Assembly: GCA_038087875.1 (NCBI GenBank)
Contig: CM075991.1
Location: 8,496,001-8,560,000 of the forward strand
DNA: 64,000 nt
Source: Malacoraja senta
Taxonomy: Eukaryota
Direction: 5' to 3'
Part shown: positions 23,131 to 37,554 of the stretch, piece by piece
How positions within the stretch are numbered: position 1 is the first letter of the stretch
Layout of the letters: every line of letters begins with the position of its first letter
Translations under genes and position numbers: made by a program
The notes under the pieces: generated by a model
What the model was told of the DNA's origin: nothing
Databases searched by the model: none
Seen by the model: the letters and a program-made list of their open reading frames with translations, nothing else

Positions 23131-23574
23131 CCTTGATTGGAAAAGAGGGGGTGGAAATATCTCCCAGCATCAGTCAAAATTCAGGACAGAGATCGATTGG
23201 GATTTGTAATGGCCTTCACAGACATCGGATGACAACCAGCCGCTGGAGAATTATGTGAGAGATGAAATGAGTCCCCCTGAGCTAGTTCTGCATCAGGAAT
23301 GTAAGACGTACCTGCCAAATTTAGTCTGGCACTATCAGCGCACAAACTGACTGGGTTCTGCAGCATCGCTGTATCTCCGATTCCCCTAAAGACGTTCTAA
23401 AAACCTTAATGCCTTCCCACGCTTGCCACAGTTGTCATGGCACTGAATGCTGTGATTATTAGATAGAGGATTACACCATATTCCATCGGGATGCGTGAGA
23501 CTTGTGTAAAGAACACTGCTTAGCTGGAAAGCCGAACATTAAGAAACACTTCCCACTTCTTCTATCCCAAGTTC

Positions 23575-23633
<59 letters not shown>

Positions 23634-23766
23634 CCGTCCGAAGGGGGGGTGCATTGGGTGCCCTTTTTTTCCCCAGAGTAAAAAAAAAATCCCGAGGGAA
23701 AACAAAATTTGGAGCGCAATCAGCGTTTCCACTTTGACGGAAATTACCTGAAATTCTGGATCCGGC

Positions 23767-24050
23767 ACCTCCTCCAACCTCATCCATTGCATCTGCTGCT
23801 CTAGATGTCAGCTGCTCTACATCGGTGAGACCAAGCGCAGGCTTGACGATTACTTCGCCGAACACCTCCACACCTCGCAATAACCAACCTGATCTCCCGA
23901 GGTCGATGGCTGTTGGGTAGGAGCTGAAGAAGGGTCTTGACCCGAAACGTCACCCATTCCTTCTCTCCAGAGGTGCTGCCTGTCCTGCTGAATTACTCCA
24001 GCATTTTATGTCTACCTTTGAGTTTAAAAACCCCCCAGCATCTTCAGTTC
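23767..24050 (+). mobile_element. Penelope-like element fragment with GIY-YIG endonuclease remnant
   Basis: 23767-23880 encodes TSSNLIHCICCSRCQLLYIGETKRRLDDYFAEHL, followed by the terminal repeat. Confidence 0.88.
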
Positions 24051-24250
24051 NNNNNNNNNNNNNNNNNNNNNNNNNNNNNNNNNNNNNNNNNNNNNNNNNN
24101 NNNNNNNNNNNNNNNNNNNNNNNNNNNNNNNNNNNNNNNNNNNNNNNNNNNNNNNNNNNNNNNNNNNNNNNNNNNNNNNNNNNNNNNNNNNNNNNNNNNN
24201 NNNNNNNNNNNNNNNNNNNNNNNNNNNNNNNNNNNNNNNNNNNNNNNNNN
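24051..24250. other. Assembly gap (200 N)
   Basis: Run of N. Confidence 1.
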
Positions 24251-24838
24251 TGGGGAGGGGGGGGGGAATATGGGGAGACTTTTTTTTCAGTCACTTACCT
24301 CGACGGAGATGCGATTTTCTCCTTGTCGCATCTCCGCCCCCTTTGCGGCCTAACAACGTGGAGTGGTGCGGCCTTTCCTGGAGACCGGCCCGGAGCTCCG
24401 AGCCGCGGGCGTGGCTCGCACTTACCATCGCGGAGCCGGGAACCCTTTGCCAAGGATCAGAAGAAGAGCTCCGACCGTGAAGCACGCGGTCTCCGGTAAG
24501 AAGTGGCCGACCCAGGAGCTCCATGCAGAGTGTTCCAATCCATCCCGATGCCGGAGTTTCGATCATCCCGACGAGAGAGCTTGGACATCGGACCGTCGGC
24601 AATGGCCCCGTTCAAAGGCCCCGACCACGGGTGAACAAAGGAGGAAGATGACTGAACTTTATTGCCTTCCATCGCAGTGAGGATTGTTGATTCCACTGTG
24701 GTGGATGTTTATGTTACATTTAGTTTATGTGTATTGTGTTCTTTTCACTTAGTATGGCCGTATGGTAACTCAAATTTCACTGTACCTTAGTTGGTTAAGT
24801 GACAATAAACGCAAACTTCAACTTGAACTTGAACTTGC
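24251..24838 (+). mobile_element. GC-rich non-autonomous retroposon (5' end lost in the gap)
   Basis: GGCCCCGACCACGGGTGAACA, hairpin 24668-24705, tail GTGACAATAAA...(ACTTGA)n. Confidence 0.65.
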
Positions 24839-25023
24839 AGCTGCAGTTCCTTCCGACACATAAGGGGCTTTTAGATCAGCACATGGATATGCAGGGAATG
24901 GAGGAATATGGATTTTGTGCAGATGGATAAGTGATGGCTTGGCACTATTGCTCAGTCCTGGGATGTTGCTATGAGCAGTGACCCAGTACTGACTGATGAT
25001 GGGAAGGCTTGCATCAACAGCAA

Positions 25024-25222
25024 AGGGCCTGTCCCACTTTCACAACCTAAATCACGACCTCTGCCGAGTTTGCCCTGGACTCATACTCGCAGCATGGTCA
25101 TCACGAGGTCGTAGGAGGTCATAGGTAGGTCGTAGCGGGCCGTGATGCGCCGTGATGCGAGTCGTAGGTACTCGTGGCATCAAGAGGGTCGGGCGTTTTT
25201 TCTAGCCTGTGGGACTGGCCCT
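25024..25222. mobile_element. Harbinger-like MITE (internally deleted)
   Basis: AGGGCCTGTCCCAC...GTGGGACTGGCCCT; flanks CAA/TAA; body matches 53369-53532. Confidence 0.8.
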
Positions 25223-25586
25223 TAAACCTCCTTTGAACCGGAACGCTCACAATTTTGTTGGTGCAGGCTATCCGATTTTCCGTACTGCTGGATGTGATAA
25301 CTCCTCCAGCACACTTTTATTTTACACTATTTTAGCTATTAAGAGAATAAACAGTTTGAAAGTTTGAAGGTAGCAGAGGAACCAAGGATACTGCACGTTT
25401 TAAGGGAGTGCAGAGACCAGGGTCCAGGTGAGAAAAAGGGGAGGGCAGGTACAGGTGTGCAGAATGCGGAAAGGAGTGCAGGTAATGGGAGCTCAGTGTG
25501 TGAAAGAGAACGTGGTGAGTGAAAGGAAGCATGAATCAATTCTCCTTGACAGGCAATGGGCCGAGAAGAGCAAAGAGATGAACAGG

Positions 25587-26030
25587 GTCCCTTGCCCAGA
25601 GTAGGGGAATCGAGAACCAGAGGACATAGGTTTAAGGTGATGGGGGGGGGGGGATTTAATAGGAATCTGAGGGGTAACTTTTTCACACAAAGGGTGGTGG
25701 GTGTATGGAACGAGCTGCCGGAGGAGGTACTTGAGGTAACGTTTCAGAAACAATTAGACAGGAACATGGATAATATATAGGAAGGAACTGCAGATGCTGG
25801 TTTACACCGAAGATAAGACACAAAACGCTGGAGTAACTCAGCGGGAGAGGCAGCATCTCTGGAGGGAAGGAATGGTTGACGTTTCGGGTCGAGACCCTTC
25901 TTCAGACATGGATAGGACAGGTTCAGAGGGATACGGGCCAAATGCAGGCAGGTGGGACTAGTGGAGATGGGTTATGTTGGTCGGTGTGGGCAAGTTGGGC
26001 TGAAGGGCCTGTTTTCACACTGTATGACTC
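25587..26030 (+). mobile_element. CR1 3' fragment interrupted by a minus-strand Penelope terminus (~25780-25907)
   Basis: LPRVGESRTRGHRFKV...FFTQRVVGVWNELPEEV; ACATGGATA appears on both sides of the insert. Confidence 0.8.
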
Positions 26031-27231
26031 TGATATTATCACTAAAAGAAAGTGTAAATGGAAATTTACTTTGGTTGAAATTACTGAGCTCAATGGCAGG
26101 TGCCCAGCGTGTTCGTGAAGCTGTAATGAGCTCTGTGTAAACCCTGTGAAACTCTCATTTGTATTCCAGCTTGCAATTCACACACAGGCCTCACCAATGT
26201 CAAAGCGAAATGTTGGAAGTGTGAAATTATACCAGAGAATGCTGTATATACCAGCCAGCAGCGATAGAAAAGTCAACCTTTATTGCAGACCCCTCCTCAC
26301 TTACTCATAGAGTCTCGGGGTAAAAGTGTGCATTTACCCGATCTATTCCTCTCATGATTTTGTACACCTTTAGGAGATCACCTCTCATCCTCCTCCACGC
26401 CAAGTAATAGACTCCCAACCTGCTCAACCTCACCTTACATCTCAGGCCATAGAGATACAGGATGGCCCACAGAGTCCACACCAACCTTTGACCATATGTT
26501 CACACCAACTCACTAACTAATGTTATCCCACTTTCTCAACCACTCCCTTTCGGGACAATTTACAGAGGGCAATTAACCTGCACGTCTTTGAGATGTGGGA
26601 GGAAACCAGAGCACCCAAAGGAAACCCACATGGTCACAGGGAGAAGGTGCAAACTCCACACAGAGAGCAGCCGAGGTTGGGATTGAACCTGGATCTCTGG
26701 CGCTGTGCGGCAGCAGCACTACCAGCTACACCACTGCACCACCCTAACGTACATCATGAAGTTGTGAACGGTGCTTTGGAAACGAGACTGTTTGCCTCAT
26801 TTCCTGGCACGGCGACCTGCAGAAATACATATGTAAACTGACATATGTTTGCACTTCTGCTGTGTGGCATATTCTCTGGAAGTTATGACAGTAATCTTTT
26901 TAAAGGGAAAAAAAAAAGATATTTATTGCCTGTGTGGATGTTGAGTTTGAGCTATTGGTGTCCTTTCCTGGAGTGAAAGTGCCATAACTCAGCACAATGA
27001 CTTATGACAGCCTTTGGACTTAATGCAGGGAGTCTAGTATAACTCACTGTCACAGGCGAGACGTCCTGTTCATTCTATGCGTGTGCGTGTTCCTTGGAAT
27101 TTCAACTCGGCAATCCAATAAATCCCAGGAATGACAATGCTTTGTGGATACTATCCTTGATCAGACTCAGACACAAAATGATGGAGTAATTCAGCGGGAC
27201 AGGCAGCATCTCTGGAGAGAAGGAATGGGAG

Positions 27232-28240
<1,009 letters not shown>

Positions 28241-28669
28241 GGAGAGGTTGCACTCCTTGCCACTGGACTTAGTCCTCACTATCGCCCATGTTGTAATTGG
28301 TATGCAAGTCATTCAGCTTACACAGAATTAATGCACCAGCATCTTCCACTCTTCACTTTAATGGAAATAGATCAGCCTCAATCCAGAGGGACTGTCTAAG
28401 AGGAAGAAATGTATGTGGCCTTTAGGCTAGATAGTTGCTTAACTCTGGAGCATTCTTCCTTCACAAGTAAAGGCAAGTCAAATCCAAAGCTTTGTAAATA
28501 GCATTAATAGACTTTCCTGGCGATCACAGTGAGGTGAAGCAGTGCGATTGGAGGGAACCTCCCTGGGAATGGGGAGCACTAGCCAAGGATGATCACATTG
28601 AATGGCGGTGCTAGCTCGAAGGGCTGAATGGCCTGCTCCTGCACCTATTGTCTATTGTCTATTGTCTAT

Positions 28670-28995
28670 TGAGACCATCCATTTGCGCACTCTTAACATT
28701 GAACAGCGTTACCATCACTGAGTCTCCATCAATGTCTTTGGGACCACTGTTGACCAGAAACCTGACCAGCCACGTAAAGAGTGAGGATGCAAAGAAGGTC
28801 CAAGGTTGGACAAGCTGAGGTGAGTGGCTCACCTCCTATATCCCAAAGCCTTTCCACAAGCTACAATGCACATGGAGAGGGTGATGAAACGCTCTCGACT
28901 TGCCTGAATGTGTGCAATTGCAACAACTCTCAAGATGCTCGATACCATCCAGGGCAAAGCCGTCATGTAATCAACGCCACATCCACCATCATTAA
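28670..28995 (+). mobile_element. Old degenerate non-LTR retrotransposon RT C-terminal fragment
   Basis: Frameshifted peptides LTLNSVTITES, INVFGTTVDQK, AHLLYPKAF/QSLSTSYNAH and TTLKMLDTIQGKA resemble a LINE ORF2 thumb region. Confidence 0.55.
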
Positions 28996-29775
28996 ACAAT
29001 CTTCAATCGGACTTTACTGGACTGATTGCAGAGCAGCCTCTCAAACACACACACACGCACACACACACACACACACAAGACACAAGAACACACACACATG
29101 CACACAAACAGACACACACAACACTGACACACACAAAACAAAGACACACACACACACACACACAACACTGACACACACAAAACAAAGAAACACACACACA
29201 CACACCCACAAGGCACAAAGACACAAACATACATTCGGACTTTGTTTAGTTTAGTTTAGTTTAGAGATACAGCACCGAAACAGGCCCTTCGGCCCACCGG
29301 GTCTGTGCCGACCAGCACATTAACACTAATTTTTACATTTGCCAAGACAATTAACCTGTACCTCTTTGGAATGTGGGAGGAAAGCGAAGATCTCGGAGGA
29401 AACCCAAGCAGGTCACGGGAGAACGGACAAACTCCGTACAGACAGCACCGAGTCTCCGACACTGCATTCGCTGTAAGGCAACAACTCTACCGCTGTGCCA
29501 CCGTGACTGCCCCTTGTCTTGCACTAAATATTATTCCCTTCATCCAGTTATCTGTGGACAGCTTGATTGTAATCATGTAGTTCTATGTTCCTACCCGTTA
29601 CCCAAAAGCCAATTAACCTACAAACCTTCATGTCTTTGGAATGCGGGAGGAAACTCGAGCACCCGGACGAAAACCCACGCCGTCACAGGAGAACGTGCAA
29701 ACTCCACACAGTCAGCACCCACAGTCAGGATCGAACCCGGGTCTCTGGTGCTGTAAGGAAGCAACTCTGCCGCTT

Positions 29776-30060
29776 GTAGACAAAAGTGCTGGAGAAACTC
29801 AGCGGGTGCGGCAGCATCTATGGAGCGAAGGAAATAGGCAACGTTTCGGGCCGAAACCCTTCTTCAGACTGATGGAGGGTGGGGGGGGGGGGGGGGGGTG
29901 GTGAAAAGAAAGGAAAAAGGAAGAGGAGGAGCCCGAGGGCTGAGGGAGAGCTGAGAAGGGGAGGAGACAGCAAGGGCTACCGGAAATTGGAGAATTCACT
30001 GTTTATGCCGCTAGGGTGCAGACTGCCCAGCAGAATATGAGGTGCTGCTCCTCCAACCGC
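29776..30060 (-). mobile_element. Penelope-like element 3' end
   Basis: Minus strand RLEEQHLIF / LGSLHPSGINSEFSNFR* (one frameshift), UTR, terminal repeat. Confidence 0.85.
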
Positions 30061-30473
30061 TTTGTCTTTATCATCAACCTGTCTGGCTGAATACTTCATG
30101 GAGACACACAGCTTGACAATAAACCCTTCAGCCCACCTAATTTGCGCTATCAAACACCCACTTTATATTATCCCCATTGTATTGTTCCCGCATTCCCATC
30201 AGCTCATCCCAAATTCCACGACTTGCCTACACACTCGAGGCAATTTACAGCAACCAATTAACCCACCAGCCTGTAAGTCTTTGGATGGCGGGAGGAAACC
30301 GCAGCGCGCAGATGAGGCCCACAGGGTGACAAGGAGAAGGTGCAAAGCTCCACACAGATGCTGCAGCAACCCAAGGTCAGGATGGAACCTGGGTCTCTGG
30401 CGCTGTCAGGCAGCGGCTCTACTGCGCTGCATCAGTTTCACTGCAGCTTCTGAGACACCGTCTCTCTCAGCTA

Positions 30474-30690
30474 GGGCGGTCACGGTGGCTCAGCGGTAGA
30501 GAGTTGCAGCGCCGGAGACCCCGGTTCGATCCCGACTACGGGTGCTGTCTGTACGGAGTTTGTACGTTCTCCCCGTGACCTGCGCGGGTTTTCTCCAAGA
30601 TCTTCGGTTTCCTCCCACATTCCAAAGGCGTACAGGCTTGTAGGTTAATTGGCTTTGGTAAATGTGAGAATTGTCCAGTATAAAATTGTC
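30474..30690 (+). mobile_element. HE1-like SINE (3'-truncated)
   Basis: A-box, B-box and core present. Confidence 0.88.
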
Positions 30691-31320
30691 CAACTTCCAG
30701 ACTCTTCGTAAGTGATGGCCACCGGGCGAGGCACAAGGCAACTCTGTTGAGTCACAAATGACCTGCACCAATCCCGCGTTGTATGTTGACCAAACGCATG
30801 GCCAGATTGTGTCTAGTAATTGCCTTGAGCTGCGCTCCTGTTCGGAGGTAATTATGTGCTGTTCACTGCCCCATTATTTATTCATGTGAATTATTGCTTC
30901 GCATTATTAATGCTAATTATTTTGACTTGTTGAACATCGCTGCAAGGAACTGAGAACATGTGTATGTGTGGCATCCTATCAGGCTGGTTGGTGGCTGGTC
31001 ACCCACTTCCTTGCATTACATTTTCTTTCGTAACTGATGGCGGGCGCGACGTGACATCTCCGGACCCTGCGGCCGATCCCTGGAGGTCCAACGTTGAGTT
31101 TGTCCCACCAACCCTCCCATCCTCATCGCCTCCAGCCTCCTAGATATCTGTGATAGACACAATGTGCTGGAGTAACTCAGCAGGTCAGGCAGCATCTCTG
31201 GAGAAAATGGGTGGGCGATGGGGTTGGAACCCTTCTTAGTTTTGGTGAGTTTTGAGATACAGCACGGAAACAGGCTCACCGGGTCTGCACCGACCAGCGA
31301 TCCACGCACATCAACACTAG

Positions 31321-31985
31321 CCCTCTCCCTCCCCTCTCCTCTCTCTCCTCCCCTCTCTCTTCTCTCCTCCTCTCTCTCTAACACCTCCCTCTCTCTCCCC
31401 TCTCCCTCTTTTCCCCTCTCTCCCCCCTCTCTACGCCCTCTCTCCCCCTCTCTTTCTCTCCTCCTCACACTCTATCCCCATCCCTTCTCTCTCAACCCTC
31501 TCTCCCACCTCTCTCCTTCCTCTCTCCCCCCCTCTCTCACTTTCTTTCTGTCCTCTCTCTCTATCCCCCTCCCTCTCTCTCTATTCCCCTCACCTCTCTC
31601 CTTCCTCTCTCCCCTCTCTCTCTCTCTCTCTCTCTCTCTCACTTTCTTTCTCTCCTCTCTCTCTATCCCCTCCCTCTCTATCAGCCCTCTCTCTCACCTC
31701 TCTCCTTCCTCTCCCCCCTCTCTCTCTCCCCCTCACTTTCTCTCCTCCTCGCACTCTATCCCCATCCCTTCTCTCTCAACCCTCTCTCCCACCTCTCTCC
31801 TTCCTCTCTCCCCCTCTCTCACTTTCTTTCTGTCCTCTCTCTCTATCCCCCTCCCTCTCTATCAGCCATTTCTCTCACCTCTCTCCTTCCTCTCTCCCCC
31901 CCTGTCTCTCTCTCTCTATCACTTTCTTTCTCTCCTCTCTCTCTATTCCCCTCACCTCTCTCCTTCCTCTCTCTCACATCCCCCT
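31321..31985. repeat. CT-rich low-complexity expansion inside a minus-strand SINE tail
   Basis: SINE sequence CAACACTA...CCCTACACACACTAGGGA is split by the tract. Confidence 0.9.
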
Positions 31986-32649
31986 ACACACACTAGGGAA
32001 GTGGAGGTGTTGAAATAAGGCAAAACTTTCAGCCACTTGGCAGAGGAAATGGGACCATCTCAGCGTCTGTATTTTCCCCGCAGCAAGGTCGATACCTGCT
32101 CAATCAACAGAAAGAGAAACTAAAATACTTCCAAGCCGTCAATAAAATATCTTGTAACCAGTAGCAGGATGACACAGTTGAGTAGATTTGTAGATAATCT
32201 CCTGCATCGCTGACGAGTTATCAATACGTTATTGCAGAGCACATGCACGGTAGCCAGAGGTTAGACGGTAAGAGAGTCGGGCACTCTCTGGACACTTCAT
32301 CTGCAAGTTTAGTTGTTTAGTTTAGTTTAGTTTAGACATACTGGTCAAATGTGGGCGGATGGGATTAGCATAGACAGGGCATGTTGGTCGGCATGGGCAA
32401 GTTGGGCCGAAGGGCCTGTTTCCTTGTTGTACGACTCCTTGACTAGCACATGGTGACCGTGCAAACTCCACACTGACAACATCCAAAGTCAGGATTGAAC
32501 CTGCGCCTCTGGCACTGTGAGATATCAGCACTACCAGCTGCACCATTGTGTTGCCCGGGATAAGGATGGAGAAGGGAGGGATGTTGATCGCGTGCAGTCA
32601 GAGGAAGCTGAATGGCTTGTTCCTACGCTGTGCAGCAACATGTTCTATG

Positions 32650-32958
32650 TTTGTTTAGAGATACAGCGTGGAAACAGGCCCTTCGGCCCACCGGGTCCGT
32701 GCCGACCAGCGATCCCCACACATTAACACTATCCTACACCCACTAGGTACAGTTTTTACATTTACCAAGCCAATTAACCGACAAACCTGTACGTCTTTGG
32801 AATGTGGGAGGAAACCGAAGATCTCGTAGACAAGCCACGCAGGTTATGGGGAGAACGTGCAAACTCCGCACAGACAGCACCCGTAATCGGGATCGTACCC
32901 AGGTTTCCGGCGCTGCATTCGCTGTGAGGCAGCAACTCTACCGCTGTGCCACCGTGCC
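32650..32958 (-). mobile_element. Full-length HE1-like SINE
   Basis: Head, core and tail all present. Confidence 0.92.
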
Positions 32959-33636
32959 ACGGTTTGCAAAGCTTTATATGCATGGGCAGGCCAGTTTTAT
33001 GATGGGAAATCTATGGGAGATCTGGTTGTGAACAGACATGTTCCTCCTTGTCCACTGCCGAGGAAGGGAGAGCAGGAGCCCTTTCATAGACTCATTGCTG
33101 ATCTCCTACAGCACTCTGAGAAATGGACGGTACAGTGGCTGCCTCGCAGCTCCAGTGACCAGGTTAAATCCTGTAACCCGGTGCTGTTGGTGTGGAGTTT
33201 GCAAGTTCTCCCAATGACCATGGGTTTCATCCAGGTGCTCCAATTTCCTCCCACGTTGCAAAGGTGTGAAGAGTCAAGAGAGTCAAGAGTGTTTTATTGT
33301 CAAATGTTCCAGATAGAACAATGAAATTCTTACTTGCAGCAGCACAACAGAACATGTAAACAGGGGATGGTGGGCTAATTGGCTGCTGTAAACTGATTTT
33401 AGTTTAGTTTAGTTTAGTTTGGAGATACAGCGCGGAAACAGGTCCTTCGGCCCACCGAGTCTGCGCCAACCAACGATCCCCGCACATTAACACTATCCTA
33501 TACCCACTAGGGACATTTTTTTAAACATTTACACCAAGCCAATTAAACCTACAAACCTGTACGTCTTTGGAGTGTGGGATGAAACCGTAGCTAGGATCGA
33601 ACCCGGGTCTCTGGCACTGTAAGGCTGTGGCTCTAA

Positions 33637-33833
33637 AGGGCCCGTCCCACTTGGGCGTCATTTGCGCGTCATGCAGACGGCGCACAAAGATTTTGGACAT
33701 CCCAAAATCCTGGGGCGCCGCGCGTCACTGCCTACTTCACCACGCGCGCATCACGTAGCGTTGCAACACGAGCGTCGTGTGTCATGACGCGTAAATGATG
33801 TCGCGCAAATGACGGCCAAGTTGGACAGGCCCT
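33637..33833. mobile_element. Harbinger-like MITE
   Basis: AGGGCCCGTCCCACTTGGGCGTCATTTGCGCG TIR; TAA/TAA flanks. Confidence 0.85.
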
Positions 33834-34600
33834 TAAGGCTTCATCCGTGTCGACCCTGGTGTGTCAGTGAGTGTTAGAAGTGGGAGTGGGAAGGGGGATG
33901 GTGGAAGATTTGGGGAATGTGGGTGCATAAAATGGATTTGTGTAGGATTGGTGTAAATGGGTGGTTGATGATTGGCACAGTTTGATGGGACAAAGGGCCT
34001 GCTTCCGTGCAGAATTTCTCCTTGGCTGTCTCCACGGATGCTGCATGAACTGCTGTGTGTTTCCAACCTTTACTGTTTTAATTGCATGAACTGTGATATT
34101 CATCGGTGTGGGGGGGGGGGGGGGGTGAATAATCCCAGTGATCAATACACAGTTTGCAAATGCATCATAATAATAAGCAACTTAGACATGGCCAGGCGGA
34201 ATCCTATTATTGTATTTCAGCGAATTGCACCTAACAATGCATACGCTGGGCTCCGAGAAATACATCATTCCATTAAACATGATATAGACTGAACATCTAA
34301 TCATGACACAGATAAGATTATTCAATGTTGTAATACTATCGGAGATAGACACATCGCTGGCATGCATGCGCAAGCAATTCATCTTTCCATCAACAATCAC
34401 TGCTATCTTTGGCTGTTTATATGAAAAGGGAAATAGGAATGAGGTGAACTCTGACTCTGATGCTGCAAACAATCTGATGATTTTTTTTAGCATTTTCAAA
34501 ATTGCTCATTTACGGAGCAAATCCTTTACGTTTCAGGGGTTTTGACTCTTTAACCTATTTTTGGTTGAAAGGTGAATAGGTTTTTTTGGTTAGACTGTCT

Positions 34601-34633
34601 GTCTGAAGAAGGGTCTCGACCCGAAACGTCACC
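34601..34633 (+). ncRNA. Minimal hammerhead-like motif in a Penelope terminus (representative copy)
   Basis: GT-CTGAAGA-A-GGGT(CTCG)ACCC-GAAA-CG-TC-AC. Confidence 0.55.
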
Positions 34634-35256
34634 TATTCCTTCTCTCCAGAGACGCTGCCCGTCCCGCTGAGTTACTCCAGCATTTTGTGTCGATCTTCGG
34701 TTTAAACCAGCATCTGCAGTTCCTTCCGACATAGGATTTTTTGGTTAACAGGTACTTGTAACAGTGCGGACTGCATTACCTTTTAGGAGTGAGTAAGTAA
34801 GTAAGTAAATAAGTTTATTGGCCAATTATTCACATACAAGGAATTTGCCTTGGTGCTCCGCCCACAAGTAACAACATGACATACAGTGACAGTTACGAAT
34901 GACTCAGAAAACACTAAACATTAATAATAATAAGACATTAATGATAAAACACCATTGATCAAGCATGTGAACCAACAAAATACCAGATCAAACCTTTTAG
35001 GAGTCGACCCACTTTGTCGCTGCTGCATCTTATCAGAGTGAGTGGGGATTGAAACGTGAGATCCTGAGTGGTCTTGAAAGGGTGAATGTGGAGAGGGTGC
35101 TTTTTCTTGGAGCAGGATCTAGAATTGGATACACAGTTTAAAAGTAAAGGATGAGCACATTATTTCTCTTTAGTCTAGTTTCATTTAGAGGAACAGCACT
35201 GAAACAGGCCATTCGGCCCACCAAGTCCGCGCTGACCTGCGATCCACGCACACTAA

Positions 35257-35474
35257 TGGGCCTGTCCCACTTAGGCGATTTTTTGGGCAACTACAGGCGA
35301 CTGCTGCAAAATTCTCAACATGTTGAACATTTTTCGGCGACAATTTTTGCCGTCATAGTTTGTCATAGGTCGTCTTAGATGCTGTCGTAGGTTGTCTCCA
35401 GGTGTCGTAGGTGAATTCCATTAAAACTAGTCCCTGGCAGTCGCCTAAAGAGTCGCCTAAGTGGGACAGGCCCT
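35257..35474. mobile_element. Harbinger-like MITE nested in a minus-strand SINE (35160-35628)
   Basis: GGGCCTGTCCCACTTAGGCGA TIR; SINE CACACTAA|CGCTATCCTACAC is split. Confidence 0.85.
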
Positions 35475-37554
35475 TACCGCTATCCTACACACACACCAGG
35501 GACAATTTACAATTATACCAAGCCAATTAGCCTCACACCTGTGCACCTTTGGAGTGTGGAAGGGAACTGGAGGTCCCGGAGAAAAGCCACGCGGTCACGG
35601 GGAAAATGTACAAACTCCGCACAGACAGTATAAACAGCTCGTTCTAAGCTTCCCCCCAGTCAATAAAATACTGAATCAAGCACTTGAGCAACTAAACTTT
35701 ATTTTGGATAACACAACAACAATTCCCCTCTACAATACCTAACCACCGCGGGTTCGATCCTTGTATCTGCTTGGCCAAGCCCTTCTAGCCTTGTGCAAGC
35801 AGAGACACTCCAAAAGGGCAAGCAGTCCAAGCGCTCTTCCAGAAGATCGACATCGGACCACGTGGGGGCTGCCTTTTACAGGTCCCCGTACCTTGAGGGG
35901 CCAAACTATATGGAGGTGGTCTCTGTACAGTCCAATAACATATATCGATTACGACAGTACATGATTGACAGTTCCATAACCCGATAACATAGTAACTAAT
36001 ACATTGTATTCGAAAGGAGCTTCTAGAAGGAAGCCAACATAGATGAATAATGCAACATGTGCCCTGGGATTCAGACAACCCAGCCAAAGTTTAACATTTC
36101 AACCAATCAACAACTAACGAAGTAAGGGTTTGCAACATTCTTTACACTATGTATATCTGGTTTGCATTGACCCAATTAGCTTCATTCATTTTACACCTCA
36201 TTGTAAGACTTCTGCAGATGTCCCATTTTTTCTCTGCAGCTCTTATCTGGGCCACAGGCATACTGGCACCATTCACCAGCTTGTCTCAGCTCTGCAAAGG
36301 CACATTTAAATTGACCCAAATGGCCTAGCAGTACACAAGCCCTTTCTCAATTCTAATACCATGGCTGCTCCAATTTAGCCAGGATTAACAACAGCACCGA
36401 ACCCGGGTCTCTGGCGCTGCAAGTCAGCAACTCTACCGCTGCGCCACCGTGCCACCCACATTTTATCTCAGAGGGTCGTTAGACTTTGAAGATCTCTTCT
36501 TCAAAGTGCGGTGGAAGCAGAGGTGGAAGCAGACATCTCTAATCAGAGGCAGATAGATGATAAGCCTAGAGGTGAAAGTTTACCAGGGTTAGGACAGAAT
36601 GTAAAGTTGAGGTTGTGATCAGATAGAATATTGTGTTCAGTTTTGGTCATAATTGTTTTATAAGAAACATGTTGGTAAGCTGGAAAGGGTGCAGAGAAAC
36701 CTTAATAGGAACCTGAGGGGCACCTTTTTTACACAAAGGGTGGTGGATGTATGGAACGAGATGCCAGAGGATGTATTTGAGGCAAGTACTATTGCAACGT
36801 TTAAAAAACATTTGGACAGGTGCATGGATAGGAAATGATTAGATGGACATTTGGGCCAAGAGAGAGCTAGATAGGGCTCTTAAAAATAGCGGAGTCAGGG
36901 GATATGGGGAGAAGGCAGGAACGGGGTACAGATTGGGGATGATCAGCCATGATCACATTGAATGGCGGTGCTGGCTCGAAGGGCCGAATGGCCTACTCCT
37001 GCACCTATTGTCTATTGTCAAACGGGGGCAGGTAGGACTAGCATTGGTCGGAATGGGCAAGATGGGCCGAAGGGCCTGTTTCCATGCTGTATGACTCAAT
37101 GAATCTATGACTCTAAGTGGGTGCATTTCCCATGTTTACAATGACACTCGGATTGATACATGGATAGTAAAGATTTAGAGGGATATGGGCTAAGCTCAGA
37201 CAAATGGGACCAGCTCAGGTAAGCAACTTGGTCAGTGTGGACGAATTGGGCCAATGCACCTGTTTCCATGCTGTGGCTCTCCCGGAAAGGACAAGAGAGG
37301 AACACAATTCCCACACGTAACCAGAACGATCTGACACAATAGCTGATAATGGGCACCTTCTCAAGGCATATTATTTAGTAAATCACACTACCTGAAGCTT
37401 GCTGGAGTAGAAACTACTGTCAAAGAGACATGAAAATGGATTGTAACTGCTTGCTAAATGGATAAGAGTGAACACAAATGTAAAAAAAGATAACACTCCC
37501 TCTTTCATCACTGTTTCTGGCAGTGTCTTACAAATAAAAGAACATGTCTTTACA

